Source: an uncultured Actinomycetota bacterium
Lineage (GTDB): Bacteria > Actinomycetota > Actinomycetes > JAFAQI01
Assembly (NCBI GenBank): GCA_963770565.1
Contig: CAVYQE010000011.1
Location: 576,001-640,000, forward strand
DNA length: 64,000 bases
Reading direction: 5' to 3'
Shown here: positions 39,764 through 51,394 of the stretch, piece after piece
Layout of the letters: every line of letters begins with the position of its first letter
Numbering within the stretch: the stretch's first letter is position 1
Notes under the pieces: model-generated
What the model was told of the DNA's origin: nothing
Databases searched by the model: none
What the model saw: only the letters and a program-made list of their open reading frames with translations
Translations under genes and position numbers: made by a program

Positions 39764-40551
39764 CGCCGTCCTGGCAGGCCATCGACATCGACGGGCGGAG
39801 GCGCGACTACCTGCTCGCCGAGCCACCGGGCCAACCGCGGCTGGTGATCCTCTCGTTGCACGGCACCCGGTCCGAGGCCAGCGACCAGATCCGCCTGAGC
39901 CGGTTGGACCACGCCGCGGTCGAGGCCGGTGCGGTGGCGGTGTTTCCGCAAGCGGTGATGCCGATCGGCCGCGGCTACGAGTGGGGTCACGATGCGGACC
40001 TGCCGTTCCTGTCGCGACTGGTCGAGGCGCTCGTCGCGCGCTATCCGGGGGCCGGCGGGCGGGTGGTCATGACCGGGATGTCCGGCGGAGCCCGGATGTC
40101 GTGTCACTTCGCGTCATTGCGACCAGAGCTGGTGAGCATGGTCGGTGCGGTCGCCGGGTTGCGCGCGCCGAGCCGGCCAACGCTGTCGACCCCGGTGCCG
40201 ATGTACGCCTTCCATGGCACGTCGGACCGGATCAACCCCTATCGGGGGAGCGGCACCGCTCGCTGGGACGAGAGCGTGCCGGACGCCGCGATGCAGTGGG
40301 CGATCGCGAACGGTGCAGGTCCTGAGCCGGTCAGGACCCAGGTCAGCTCGCACGTGAGCCGCACGTCGTACGGCGCCGATGGTGCGCCGAACGAGGTCGT
40401 GCTCTGGACGATTCGGGGTGGCGGCCACACCTGGCCGGGCTCGCCGCTCGGCCTCCTGCTGTGGCTGTTCCTCGGCAAGACGACGACCGAGATCGACGCC
40501 ACCGCCCTGATCCTGGCCGCACCTCACCCGGGCACCAGTCGGAGCGGCTGA
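39760..40551 (+). CDS. LpqC/LpqP-like alpha/beta hydrolase (esterase)
   Basis: GRRRDYLL, LSLHG, nucleophile GMSGG, FHGTSD, GGGHTWPG. GTG start overlaps the remnant's TGA. Confidence 0.85.
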   Translation: MTPSWQAIDIDGRRRDYLLAEPPGQPRLVILSLHGTRSEASDQIRLSRLDHAAVEAGAVAVFPQAVMPIGRGYEWGHDADLPFLSRLVEALVARYPGAGGRVVMTGMSGGARMSCHFASLRPELVSMVGAVAGLRAPSRPTLSTPVPMYAFHGTSDRINPYRGSGTARWDESVPDAAMQWAIANGAGPEPVRTQVSSHVSRTSYGADGAPNEVVLWTIRGGGHTWPGSPLGLLLWLFLGKTTTEIDATALILAAPHPGTSRSG

Positions 40552-40554
40552 CGA

Positions 40555-41544
40555 TCAGCTGTCGGCCTCCGCCGGGGCCGATCCGGACGCGTCGGTGCGA
40601 CGGCGGATGTCGTGCAGGCTGGCCTCGACCGCGCGCCAGATCTCGGCCAGGCTGACGGCGGCCGGAAGGTCACCGCGGATGACTCCGGGCGGATCGCTCG
40701 CGGTGTCACCGAGTGCCTCGACCGCACGGTTGGCGAGCGTGACCAGGGTCGGATCCGTGATCACCACGCTGAGCCGGTCGTCGGCGACCTCGATCTGCAT
40801 CTGCCGGCGCCCGGCCTGCTCGGGCAGTTCGTCGGTCGTGCCGGTCACGTCCGCGTCGCGCAACGCCTCCCTCGCCCGCTCGAGGTCGACGCCGAAGATC
40901 GTCAGCACTCGCGCGGCGGCGTTGTTCGGGTCGGCGAGGGTGGCGAGCATCACGTGGTGCGAGCCGATCGGTGCCCCGGCGGCGAGGCGGGTGGCCTCTA
41001 CGAGACTGGCATCCACCGCTGCGGTCGTATGCAGGCTCTCGGGCTCGATGCCTGCCTCGCTCTGCCGTGGCCGGAGCCAGCGCAGCCACTTGCGCTCGTC
41101 GTCCGGCTTGCCGGCCGGCACCAGGTCGAGCACCGCCATCCGCACCCGCAGCGGGTCGCCAACCTGGTCGCGGACGATCTGGGCGCCGACCCCGTCGCCC
41201 TCCCGGATCAGGCCGAGCAGGATGTGCTCGGTGCCGATGTAGTTGTGGTGCAGGGCCAGCGCCTCGCGCAGCGCGAGCTCGAGGATCTTCTTGGCGCGCG
41301 GCGTGAACGGGATGTGGCCCTCGACCCGCTTCTTGCCTTGGCCGACCGTGCCCAGCACCTGCTCCCGGGCGACGGTAAGGGTCAGGCCGAAAGACTCGAG
41401 CGCCTGGCCGGCGATTCCTTCTGGCTCGCCGAGCAGGCCGAGCAGGATGTGCTCGGTCCCGATGTAGTTGTGCTGCATCTCACGGGCTTCGTCCTGGGCG
41501 AGCACGACGCTGTGCCGGGCCCGGGCGGTGAATCGTTCGAACAT
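40555..41544 (-). CDS. Clp N-terminal (Clp-R) repeat protein without AAA+ domains
   Basis: MFERFTARARHSVVLAQDEA..HNYIGTEHILLGL x2, FTPRAKKILELALREA, and a third degenerate repeat IGSHHVMLA. No Walker motifs. Confidence 0.9.
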   Translation of the reverse strand: MFERFTARARHSVVLAQDEAREMQHNYIGTEHILLGLLGEPEGIAGQALESFGLTLTVAREQVLGTVGQGKKRVEGHIPFTPRAKKILELALREALALHHNYIGTEHILLGLIREGDGVGAQIVRDQVGDPLRVRMAVLDLVPAGKPDDERKWLRWLRPRQSEAGIEPESLHTTAAVDASLVEATRLAAGAPIGSHHVMLATLADPNNAAARVLTIFGVDLERAREALRDADVTGTTDELPEQAGRRQMQIEVADDRLSVVITDPTLVTLANRAVEALGDTASDPPGVIRGDLPAAVSLAEIWRAVEASLHDIRRRTDASGSAPAEADS

Positions 41545-41550
41545 GCCGCC

Positions 41551-41579
41551 AGCGTGCGTGCTGACGCCTAGATAGTCAA
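41551..41579 (-). promoter_or_regulatory. Sigma-70-type leaderless promoter with overlapping inverted repeat
   Basis: TTGACT-N17-CACGCT-N6-ATG. CTGAC-N9-GTCAA (41561-41579) overlaps the -35 element. Confidence 0.55.
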
Positions 41580-41616
41580 TACCATGCTATTAATAAGGTC
41601 CGAGAGGCGGGCAGCC

Positions 41617-41973
41617 ATGGAGTGGGAGGACCGGCTCGACGACTGGGAGCTCCAGCTCGAGCTGACCGCGCAGTACGAAGACTCGGAGTGGGTCACCCTC
41701 GAGCGGGCGGCCGCGCAGACCGGGGTGTCGCGGGCTGCGCTGCGCACCTGGTACCGGTCCGGCGTACTGCCTTCACGGCTGGTAGCGGGCCCGCACGGCC
41801 CGCAACGGCTGGTCCCGCTCGCGCAGGTGGCCGCGCGGGCTGAGGCGTCTCCACGGCTGCGTCAGGCCGCGGCGCGACGCCTTGCCGAGGAAGCCGAGCT
41901 CGAGATGCTGCGGCATCGCCTCGAGGTCCTCGAAGCGCGGCTCGCCGCGATCGAGGACGTGGCCGCGCCCTGA
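41617..41973 (+). CDS. Small MerR/excisionase-like HTH protein with C-terminal coiled coil
   Basis: WVTLERAAAQTGVSRAALRTWYRSGVLPS...RLVPL..V, then LRHRLEVLEARLAAIE. GAGAGG RBS. Confidence 0.75.
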   Translation: MEWEDRLDDWELQLELTAQYEDSEWVTLERAAAQTGVSRAALRTWYRSGVLPSRLVAGPHGPQRLVPLAQVAARAEASPRLRQAAARRLAEEAELEMLRHRLEVLEARLAAIEDVAAP

Positions 41974-42180
41974 TCGGGATCTCGAGCAATGCCAGCAGCG
42001 CCCTCGCCTCGGCGTGAAAGCGCTCGTCGGAGAGCAGCGACTGCCGCCGCTCACGCCCGAGCAAGCGTCGACTTGCCGGCCGCGTTCTCACCGGTGATCG
42101 CGACGACCTCGCCGGCGTTGACGTCGAGATCCACCCGGGTGAGCACCTGCCGGGGCCCGTAGTACGCGGCGAGGCCGGAA
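41974..42180 (-). pseudogene. Internally deleted remnant of a sugar-type ABC ATP-binding gene
   Basis: GLAAYYGPRQVLTRVDLDVNAGEVVAITGENAAGKSTL is joined out of frame directly to LLGRE...HAEARALLALLEIPI. Confidence 0.6.
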
Positions 42181-42313
42181 TGCCAAGAGCGGTTCGGCCG
42201 GGCCGCGACCATTGTCGGCGGCGCCGGTGCCCACCATCCAGCCATTGTCGCGCCTATAGCTGGGATTCGGTGTTGCGCTTCATTGGTTCGGCGGCCGGAC
42301 CGATGAAGTTCGG

Positions 42314-43189
42314 GTGGGTGTACGTATTTCGCTGGTCCTGCTGACCACGACCTCGGTTCTGTCGCTGGGACTCGGCGCCTCGGTCGCGGATGCGACCCAC
42401 GCCGGTGCACAGCGTCCGACGCCGAGGGAGCTCGAGCGCCTCGACGAGGCCAACCTGGTGGCCGCGACGAATGACATCCAGACCCAGGCGCTGGCCAGCG
42501 GTGGGCTGCAGAACGGGCCGCCGTACTGGTCGCCGGCCAAGCGGCTGCTGGCGTCGGTCGACGCGCTCAGCAACCTGGCCATCGCCGATGATCCGTCCCT
42601 GGCGCCTACCGACACGACGGCGATCATGGGACCGGTGCCGACGACGATCGCGCATCATCTGCGCAAACGGCCGCACCACGTGCACATCGTCCAGACCCGC
42701 ACCCTGATGCCGTTCGTGGCGGCAATTCCCGATGGTGGGTCGAGCGGGATCGGTCACAGGCATCGGCACGACGGAGCCAAGCCGGCGCCCTACCAAGCGC
42801 CGGACGGGCTGTTTGTCGACCCGGACCTCGAACCGACCCAACCGGCGACGATCGGCCTGGCGGCCCTGCGCTCGGCGATCAAGGAACTCGGCCAGCCGTA
42901 TGTGTGGGCCGCTGCGGGACCGAGCACATTCGACTGCTCGGGCTTGGTGCAATGGGCGTACGCGCACGCCGGAATCGCGCTGGCCCATCACGCGGCGACT
43001 CAGTGGAACGAAGGCCGGCTGATTCCCGGCCGCGACATCCTGCCCGGCGATCTGATCATGTTCGGCCATCCGATCTTCCACGTCGGGATGTACCTCGGCT
43101 CGGGCTGGATGATCAACGCGCCGTACACCGGCCAGTACGTCAACATCGTGCCGGTGCCGAACCGGGTCGCCGGAGTGGTCCGCCCCTGA
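42314..43189 (+). CDS. Secreted NlpC/P60 (C40) peptidoglycan endopeptidase
   Basis: Signal peptide; LGQPYVWAAAGPSTFDCSGLVQWAY, PGDLIMF, HVGMY. Confidence 0.92.
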   Translation: MGVRISLVLLTTTSVLSLGLGASVADATHAGAQRPTPRELERLDEANLVAATNDIQTQALASGGLQNGPPYWSPAKRLLASVDALSNLAIADDPSLAPTDTTAIMGPVPTTIAHHLRKRPHHVHIVQTRTLMPFVAAIPDGGSSGIGHRHRHDGAKPAPYQAPDGLFVDPDLEPTQPATIGLAALRSAIKELGQPYVWAAAGPSTFDCSGLVQWAYAHAGIALAHHAATQWNEGRLIPGRDILPGDLIMFGHPIFHVGMYLGSGWMINAPYTGQYVNIVPVPNRVAGVVRP

Positions 43190-43221
43190 CCCTCGGCCGT
43201 CCCGGCCGAGCGTCAAGAAAA

Positions 43222-43300
43222 GGCAATGTCACATTGCCCCTGCTTTCGCGGGGGCAATGTGACACCACCCCTCGATCTGGCTGGGCAATGTGACATTGCT
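43222..43300. repeat. Three 17-bp palindromes at exact 31-bp spacing (repeat family 2)
   Basis: GGCAATGTCACATTGCC (43222), GGCAATGTGACACCACC (43253), GGCAATGTGACATTGCT (43284), separated by different 14-bp spacers. Confidence 0.9.
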
Positions 43301-43333
43301 TGGGAGGGGTAGGGGTGTCGTACCTTGCAGGGC

Positions 43334-43771
43334 ATGGTGGAGGAGCGGGTTGTGAGCGCGGTCGACAACACCGAGTTGCAGGGTGGTTTCGTCGAGCTGA
43401 TCGGTCTCACGATCAGCGAGGCCGGCCCCGACAAGGTGGTCGGGTCCCTGACGATCCGCCCGGATCTGTTGCAGCCGTATGGGATCCTGCACGGGGGAGT
43501 GCTGTGCGCCTTGGTTGAAACGGTGGGAAGTGTCGGGGCTGCGCATTGGTACGGCGGTCGCGGCAACACCGTCGGTGTGTCCAACAGCACCGACTTCATC
43601 CGCGCCACCAGGACCGGCACGTTGACCGCGGTCGGCACCCCGATTCACCGAGGTCGCACGTCGCAGTTGTGGCTGGTCGATGTGACCGACGACTCCCACC
43701 GGCTGATCGCGCGCGGACAGCTGAGGGTCGCGAACATCGAGGATGCCGGCCGATTGGCTCCCGCGCCCTGA
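43334..43771 (+). CDS. PaaI-family hotdog thioesterase
   Basis: LLQPYGILHGGVLCALVETVGS, VGVSNSTDFIRA, PIHRGRTSQLW. TACCTT-N7-ATG suggests a leaderless start. Confidence 0.93.
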   Translation: MVEERVVSAVDNTELQGGFVELIGLTISEAGPDKVVGSLTIRPDLLQPYGILHGGVLCALVETVGSVGAAHWYGGRGNTVGVSNSTDFIRATRTGTLTAVGTPIHRGRTSQLWLVDVTDDSHRLIARGQLRVANIEDAGRLAPAP

Positions 43772-43780
43772 GCCGACCGG

Positions 43781-44626
43781 TCAGCCGAGCCGGTAGACCT
43801 CGACCGCGTTGCCGGCTAGCACCCGTGCGGCGGTTTCCTCGTCAGGGCACAGGTCGGCGACCGCGCGGGCGTTCTCCGCGATCCCTGGTACGCCGGGCCA
43901 GTCGGTGCCGAAGATCATCCGTTGACACAACCGGTCCCAGTTGTGCCGGGCGTAGTAGGTGCGCAGCCGGGACGGCGGCAGGCCGGACAGCTCCAGCCAC
44001 ACCCGCTCGTTGGTCAGCGCCAGCACGGCCGCGGCGTCGTACCACCAGCCGCGCCCGCCGTGCGCGAGCACGAGGTTCAGCGATCTGAAGTCGCGGAGGA
44101 GGTTGCCGATGTCGGCCGGGTCGCCGAACCGGTGCTGCGCGCCCGGAAAGCTGGAGGTGCCGGTGTGCACGATCACCGGCAGTCCGCGGTCCTGACACAA
44201 CGAGTACGCCGGGTAGAGCGCGCGGTCGTCGACCGGGAACCCGGCGTGCACCGGATGCACCTTTAGCGCGATCGCGCCGAGCCCGATCTGTCGGTCGAGC
44301 TCCTCGTCGATCGGGTAGTGCAGGTGGGGATTCACGTTGGCAGCGAAGCGAAATCTGGCCGGGTTGTGGGTCGCGATTGCGGCCATGTCCTCCACCGACT
44401 GGGTGCCGGTGACCTTCGGGCTGTATTCCGCGATCAGCACCGCCACGTCCACGCCCTCGCGCTCGAGCAGCGCGTCGAACCCGGCCGGGTCGAGGACGCC
44501 GTCGGCGTACAGCGCCTCGAGCTCGGCGGTGCCGAACTGCTGGACCCAGACCTCCCACGGCAGCTTGAGCTGGTCGAGTCGGGCCGGGTGCAGGTGGACG
44601 TCGATGAGCCGATGGCCGTCGAGCAT
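43781..44626 (-). CDS. Amidohydrolase_2 family metal-dependent hydrolase/decarboxylase
   Basis: IDVHLH, LKVHP, IVHTG, VLAHGG, FGTDWP. ATG overlaps the ligase stop. Confidence 0.9.
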   Translation of the reverse strand: MLDGHRLIDVHLHPARLDQLKLPWEVWVQQFGTAELEALYADGVLDPAGFDALLEREGVDVAVLIAEYSPKVTGTQSVEDMAAIATHNPARFRFAANVNPHLHYPIDEELDRQIGLGAIALKVHPVHAGFPVDDRALYPAYSLCQDRGLPVIVHTGTSSFPGAQHRFGDPADIGNLLRDFRSLNLVLAHGGRGWWYDAAAVLALTNERVWLELSGLPPSRLRTYYARHNWDRLCQRMIFGTDWPGVPGIAENARAVADLCPDEETAARVLAGNAVEVYRLG

Positions 44627-46218
44627 CAGGTGAGTCCCGCCTCGAGCTCGGTCGGCGCAGCTTCGGCGAGGACGATTTCGGCCATTGCCCGCAGCTCGAC
44701 CCGGCGAACCTTTCCGGTCGCGGTGGTGGGGTATCCGTCGATGGTGACGATCCGGCGCGGCCGCTTGAACGACGGAAGGCCGGCCCGGCAGAACTCGATC
44801 AGCTCGGCCTCGCTCGCCAGCCCCTCCGGTCGAAGGACGACGTAGGCGACCGGCTTGTCCAACCCGTCCGGGTCGGCGGCGCCGACGACGATCGCCTGAG
44901 CGATCGCCGGATGCGCGAGCAGCCGACTCTCGACCTCGGCCGGCGAGACCCAGATCCCGCCGGCCTTGAGCATGTCGCCGGTGCGGCCGAGGCAGCTGTA
45001 ATAGCCGTCGGCGTCCTGCACGTAGGTGTCTCCGGTGCGCAGCCACTCGCCTTGAAAGACCTGCCGCGACGCGTCGAACCGGGACCAGTAGCCGGTCGCG
45101 GTCGACCCGCCGCGGACCATCAGGGTCCCGGAGGTCCCGGTCGGCACGTCGTGCCCGTCCTCGCCGACGATCCGCAGGTCGTAGCCCGGGACCGCGACCC
45201 CGGTCGTCCCAGGGCGGACCTGGCCGTCGCGGTTGGACAGGAAGATGTGCAGCATCTCGGTCATCCCGAGCCCGTCGAGGACGTCGACGCCGAAGCGCTG
45301 CGTCCACCGTTCGTACAGCGCCGCGGGCAACGACTCACCGGCCGACACTGCCAGCCGCACGCCGGACAGAGAATCCGGCGGAAGGTCGGCGCGCAGCATG
45401 TTGGCGAAGAAGGTCGGGCTGCCGAAGAACAGGGTGGCGCCGAAGGTCTGCACCCGATCGATGAGCAGGTCGGGTCGCGACGGCGCCGGCTCGAGCACCG
45501 CGCAGGCTCCTACCGACAACGGAAACAGCATCGAGTTGCCGAGCCCGTAAGCGAAGAACGCCTTCGCGACCGACAGGCACCGGTCGTCGGGCCGGATCCC
45601 GAGCACCTGTCGGCCGTACGTGTCGCACACCGCCTCGACCGCGCCGTGACGGTGCATCGCGGCCTTCGGGCGGCCGGTGGTGCCGGAGGTGTAGAGCCAG
45701 AACGCGGGGGAGTCCGCCGACGTCGGGTACGACGACTCCGGCTCGGACTGCAGAGTGAGGTCGCTGATCCGGTGGGTCGGGAGCGACGTGGTGAGGTCAG
45801 TGGCGTCGTCGACCAGGACGCCGATGAGGTCCGGGGCGTGCCCGATCGCCTGCGTGGCGACCTCGACGAAGTCGGCACTGATCGCGAGCAGTCGGGCCCG
45901 GGAGTCGCGGAGCAGCTCGACCAACCCGTCTGCCCGCAGCATCGTCGACACCGGCACCGGGACGGCACCGAGGCGCAGCGCGGCAAGGTAGACGCCGACG
46001 AAGTCGGGGCCGTCGGCCATGAACATCAGCAGCCGTTGCTCGGGCAGCAGCCCGATGGCTCGCAGCCCCGACTCGATCCGCCGGGTGCGGTCGGACAACT
46101 CGGCGTACGTGACGTCGCCGCCGACGCCGGTCAGCGCCAGCCGCTCGCCGTCGCCGGCCCGCAGGTGGCGGTCGACGAGGTAGTCGCAGGCGTTGAACTC
46201 CGGCGCCGGCTCGGTCAT
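44626..46218 (-). CDS. Benzoate-CoA ligase family protein
   Basis: FWLYTSGTTGRPK, FFAYGLGNS, SAGESLP, DGLGMTEMLHIFLS, WLRTGD, TATGKV. Start at ATG 46218. Confidence 0.93.
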   Translation of the reverse strand: MTEPAPEFNACDYLVDRHLRAGDGERLALTGVGGDVTYAELSDRTRRIESGLRAIGLLPEQRLLMFMADGPDFVGVYLAALRLGAVPVPVSTMLRADGLVELLRDSRARLLAISADFVEVATQAIGHAPDLIGVLVDDATDLTTSLPTHRISDLTLQSEPESSYPTSADSPAFWLYTSGTTGRPKAAMHRHGAVEAVCDTYGRQVLGIRPDDRCLSVAKAFFAYGLGNSMLFPLSVGACAVLEPAPSRPDLLIDRVQTFGATLFFGSPTFFANMLRADLPPDSLSGVRLAVSAGESLPAALYERWTQRFGVDVLDGLGMTEMLHIFLSNRDGQVRPGTTGVAVPGYDLRIVGEDGHDVPTGTSGTLMVRGGSTATGYWSRFDASRQVFQGEWLRTGDTYVQDADGYYSCLGRTGDMLKAGGIWVSPAEVESRLLAHPAIAQAIVVGAADPDGLDKPVAYVVLRPEGLASEAELIEFCRAGLPSFKRPRRIVTIDGYPTTATGKVRRVELRAMAEIVLAEAAPTELEAGLT

Positions 46219-47639
46219 TGCGCCAGGTGGACGTAGTCGTAGTCGAACGGCTGGCCGTTGATGCCATTGCGAGGCGGAGCGATCCAGTCGGCGATCTTGC
46301 CGCGTTCGTACACCGGTCGCATCAACGACCGAACGTACGTCTTGTCGACCTCGGTCGGCAGCCACTCGTTGTGGCGCTGCCGCCAGTCATCGGCCGATAT
46401 CCGGATGCCCGCAGGGGTTGCCTCGATCCCGGCGAAGGCGCCGACCCGGCGGTTGAACGCGACGCTCGGCAGCGCGAGTCGATGCGGCAGCCCGGCATCG
46501 GCGAGGATCCGGTTCCAGCGGTTGACCCCGCTCTGGCAGTCGGTGACGTACTCGCGGCGGAGGTCGGTGTTGAGCCCGACGAGCGCGGGCACCTCGGCGG
46601 ATCCGATCTCGCCGTCCTCGGTCAGCGCCTCGACCGTCATCGCGTCGCCGGTCAGCCGATGGTCGTCGCGTCGCCGGTCTTCCATCCAGCGACCCTTGAG
46701 GCCGGCCGAGAAGTAGTTGCCCGCGTTCGTGGACGTCTCGGACCCGAACAGGTCGAGCGACACCGAGTAGTGGAAGTTGAGGTAGCGCTGGATCACCTCG
46801 AGTGGGATCCCGCCCCGGGCGGACACGTCCTCCGAGTCGATCTCGACCATCAGCTCGGCCGTGCGCTGGACGACCCGGTCGATCCCGGTCGTGCCCACCA
46901 TCATGTGGTGGGCCTCCTCCTTGAGCATGAACTCGCAGGTCCTGGACAGCGGGTCGAAGGCGCTCTCCTTCAACGTTCCGAGCTGGTACTTGCCGTCGCG
47001 GTCGGTGAAGTACGTGAACATGAAGAAGCTGAGCCAGTCCGGCGTCTCCTCGTTGAAGGCACCGAGAATTCGTGGCGCGTCCGCACTTCCTGAGTTCCGG
47101 TGCAGCAACTCCTCGGCCTCCGACCGGCCCTCCCGGCCGAAGTGCGCATGCAGCAGGTACACCATTGCCCAGAGGTGGCGGCCCTCCTCGACGTTGACCT
47201 GGAAGAGGTTGCGCAGGTCGTAGAGGCTGGGTGCGGTCGCGCCGAGGTTGCGCTGCTGCTCGACGCTGGCCGGCTCGGTGTCGCCCTGGATCACGATCAG
47301 CCGGCGGAGGTCGGCGCGGTATTCACCCGGGATGTCCTGCCACACCGGCTCGCCCTTGTGCTCACCGAAGCCGATCCGGCGATCCGGGTCGCGTTCGCTG
47401 AGGAAGATTCCCCAGCGGTAGTCCTTCATCGGGACGTGGCCGAAGTGGGCCCACCCTTCGCGGCCGACGTTGACCGCCGTACGCAGGTAGACGTCCTCGG
47501 TCGGCAGCGCCGGCCCCATCGACTCCCACCAGGTCAGGAAGCTCGGCTGCCAGGACTCAAGCGCGCGCTGCAACCGGCGATCGTCGTCGAGATCGACGTT
47601 GTTCGGGATCTTGTCGCTGTAGTCCGCGGTCAGCGTCAT
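46215..47639 (-). CDS. boxB: Benzoyl-CoA 2,3-epoxidase diiron subunit
   Basis: KIPNNVDL, YLRTAV, DYRWGIF, QGDTEPASVEQQR, VNVEEGRHLWAM, TDRDGKYQL, EEAHHM. Confidence 0.96.
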   Translation of the reverse strand: MTLTADYSDKIPNNVDLDDDRRLQRALESWQPSFLTWWESMGPALPTEDVYLRTAVNVGREGWAHFGHVPMKDYRWGIFLSERDPDRRIGFGEHKGEPVWQDIPGEYRADLRRLIVIQGDTEPASVEQQRNLGATAPSLYDLRNLFQVNVEEGRHLWAMVYLLHAHFGREGRSEAEELLHRNSGSADAPRILGAFNEETPDWLSFFMFTYFTDRDGKYQLGTLKESAFDPLSRTCEFMLKEEAHHMMVGTTGIDRVVQRTAELMVEIDSEDVSARGGIPLEVIQRYLNFHYSVSLDLFGSETSTNAGNYFSAGLKGRWMEDRRRDDHRLTGDAMTVEALTEDGEIGSAEVPALVGLNTDLRREYVTDCQSGVNRWNRILADAGLPHRLALPSVAFNRRVGAFAGIEATPAGIRISADDWRQRHNEWLPTEVDKTYVRSLMRPVYERGKIADWIAPPRNGINGQPFDYDYVHLAQ

Positions 47640-47642
47640 CGG

Positions 47643-49342
47643 TCAGACTCGCCTCCGATCGAACTTCGCCCGTTGCCCGGTGCCGAATTTTCCCAGTGCG
47701 CCGGACGGCCCGGAGGCATTGGGTCGATAGAAGATCCAGTTCTGCCAGGCGCTCAGGCGGCCGAAGATCTTGGTCTCCATCGTCTCCGGGCCGGCGAAGC
47801 GGTAGTTCGCCTCGAGCCCGGTGAGGGCATCGGGGCTGAAACTGGCCCGCTCCTCGATCGCCATCCGGATCTCGTCGTCCCAGTCGATGTCGTCCGGCGC
47901 GAACGTGACGAGGCCGGCCTCGATCGCCTGGTCGGCCTGGAGCGGAGTCCCTTCGAGCTCCTGCACTCGCTCGTAGCTCGCGTCGTCGCCGTAGAAGCGG
48001 GTCTGGAGCCGGCTGAGGCCGTTGCCCATCGGCAGCGCACCGAGGTTCATCGCGGTCACCGTGACGGTGGCCGGCTCGATGCCCGGATCGCCGGACTCGA
48101 ACCGGCCTTCGAGCATGTACGACCGGTCGGCAGCAAGGGCCAGCTCGAGCAGCGAGCCGGCAAAACAGCTGCCGGGTTCGATCAACGCGATCAGGCTCCG
48201 ACTGGTCACGTCGAGCCGCTTCAGGGTCCGCTTCAGGTAATGCCGGATCTCGGCCACCAGCCAGTCGGCGAGGTTCGCGAGCAGCAGCTCGTCGTATGCC
48301 GTCACCAGGCGCGGGTCGCCCTCGGTGCGGAAGATCCAGGTGCCCAACTCGGACTCGTTGGTGCGCAGGTCGAGGATCAGATCGTCGAGCTCGCGGCTGA
48401 GTGCAAGCGGCCAGAAGTCGGAGCCGAGCGAGTGGACTGCGGCGACATCGGCCGGTGGGTCGGCGTCCGGTCCGGCCACCGAGATCTCGACGACTCCGCG
48501 TTCGCGGTCGAGGCGGGCGGTCACGTAGCGGTAGGTGACGAGGTGGTCGAGGCGCTCCTTTGTCAGTGGCGCCAGAACAATGCCGGCCGCATCAGCAGGT
48601 CGCGTTGACCGGTCGGCAAGTTGGGTTGCCCGCTCCGCCACGGTCGCCGCCCAGGCGGCCAGCGGGACGACTTCATCGACCAGGCGAGCCTCGACCGCCT
48701 TCATGCCGACGACTCCCTCGGCCTTGGTCGAAAAGTAGTCGGCGAGGTCCCGTCGGACGTGTCGCTTGTCGACGAGCCGGGTCAGTCCGCCGGTGCCGGG
48801 AAGCACTCCGAGCAGCGGCAGCTCGGGAAGCGAGACCGCCGATGCCCGGTCGTCGACGAGCATGAGGTGATCGCAGGCCAGCGCCAGTTCGTAGCCGCCG
48901 CCGGACGCGCTGCCGTTCAGCGCGGCGAGGTAGGTCTGGCCGCTGTGTGCGGTGGCGTCCTCGATCCCGTTGCGAGTCTCGTTGGTGAACTTGCAGAAGT
49001 TCACCTTCCACGAGTGCGACGAGCCGGCCAGCATGCGGATGTTCGCGCCGGCGCAGAAGACCTTCGGCTTGCCGCTGGTGATCACCACCACCTTGACCTC
49101 GGGGTGCTCGAAGCGAAGTCGCTGGACCGCGTCGTACAACTCGATGTCGACGCCGAGGTCGTAGGAGTTCAGCTTGAGCTCGTATCCGGGCGCTAGTCCG
49201 CCCTGCTCGTCGACCTCCATCGTGAGGGTTGCGACCGGGGCATCGATCGACAGCGCCCAGTGTCGGTACCGAGCCGGCTCGGTCTGAAAGCTGACGAACG
49301 GCTCATCGACCGCGGGCTCCGCGGGGTGGTCGACGAGCTGGC

Positions 49343-49346
<4 letters not shown>
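47643..49346 (-). CDS. boxC: 2,3-epoxybenzoyl-CoA dihydrolase (crotonase fold)
   Basis: YELKLNSYDLGVDIEL..AVQRLRFEHPEV, FCAGANI, NFCKFTNETRN, ETKIFGRLSAWQNWIF. Confidence 0.96.
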
Positions 49347-51283
<1,937 letters not shown>

Positions 51284-51394
51284 GCTCGGACTCCCGTCGG
51301 GGCCGGGGCCTGCGTCGCTGGAACGGCACGCGCGGATCCCGACCTGCTCGCTGCCCACGATATTGCGACCGCGCCGGGAGCGCCGCTCACGGCG

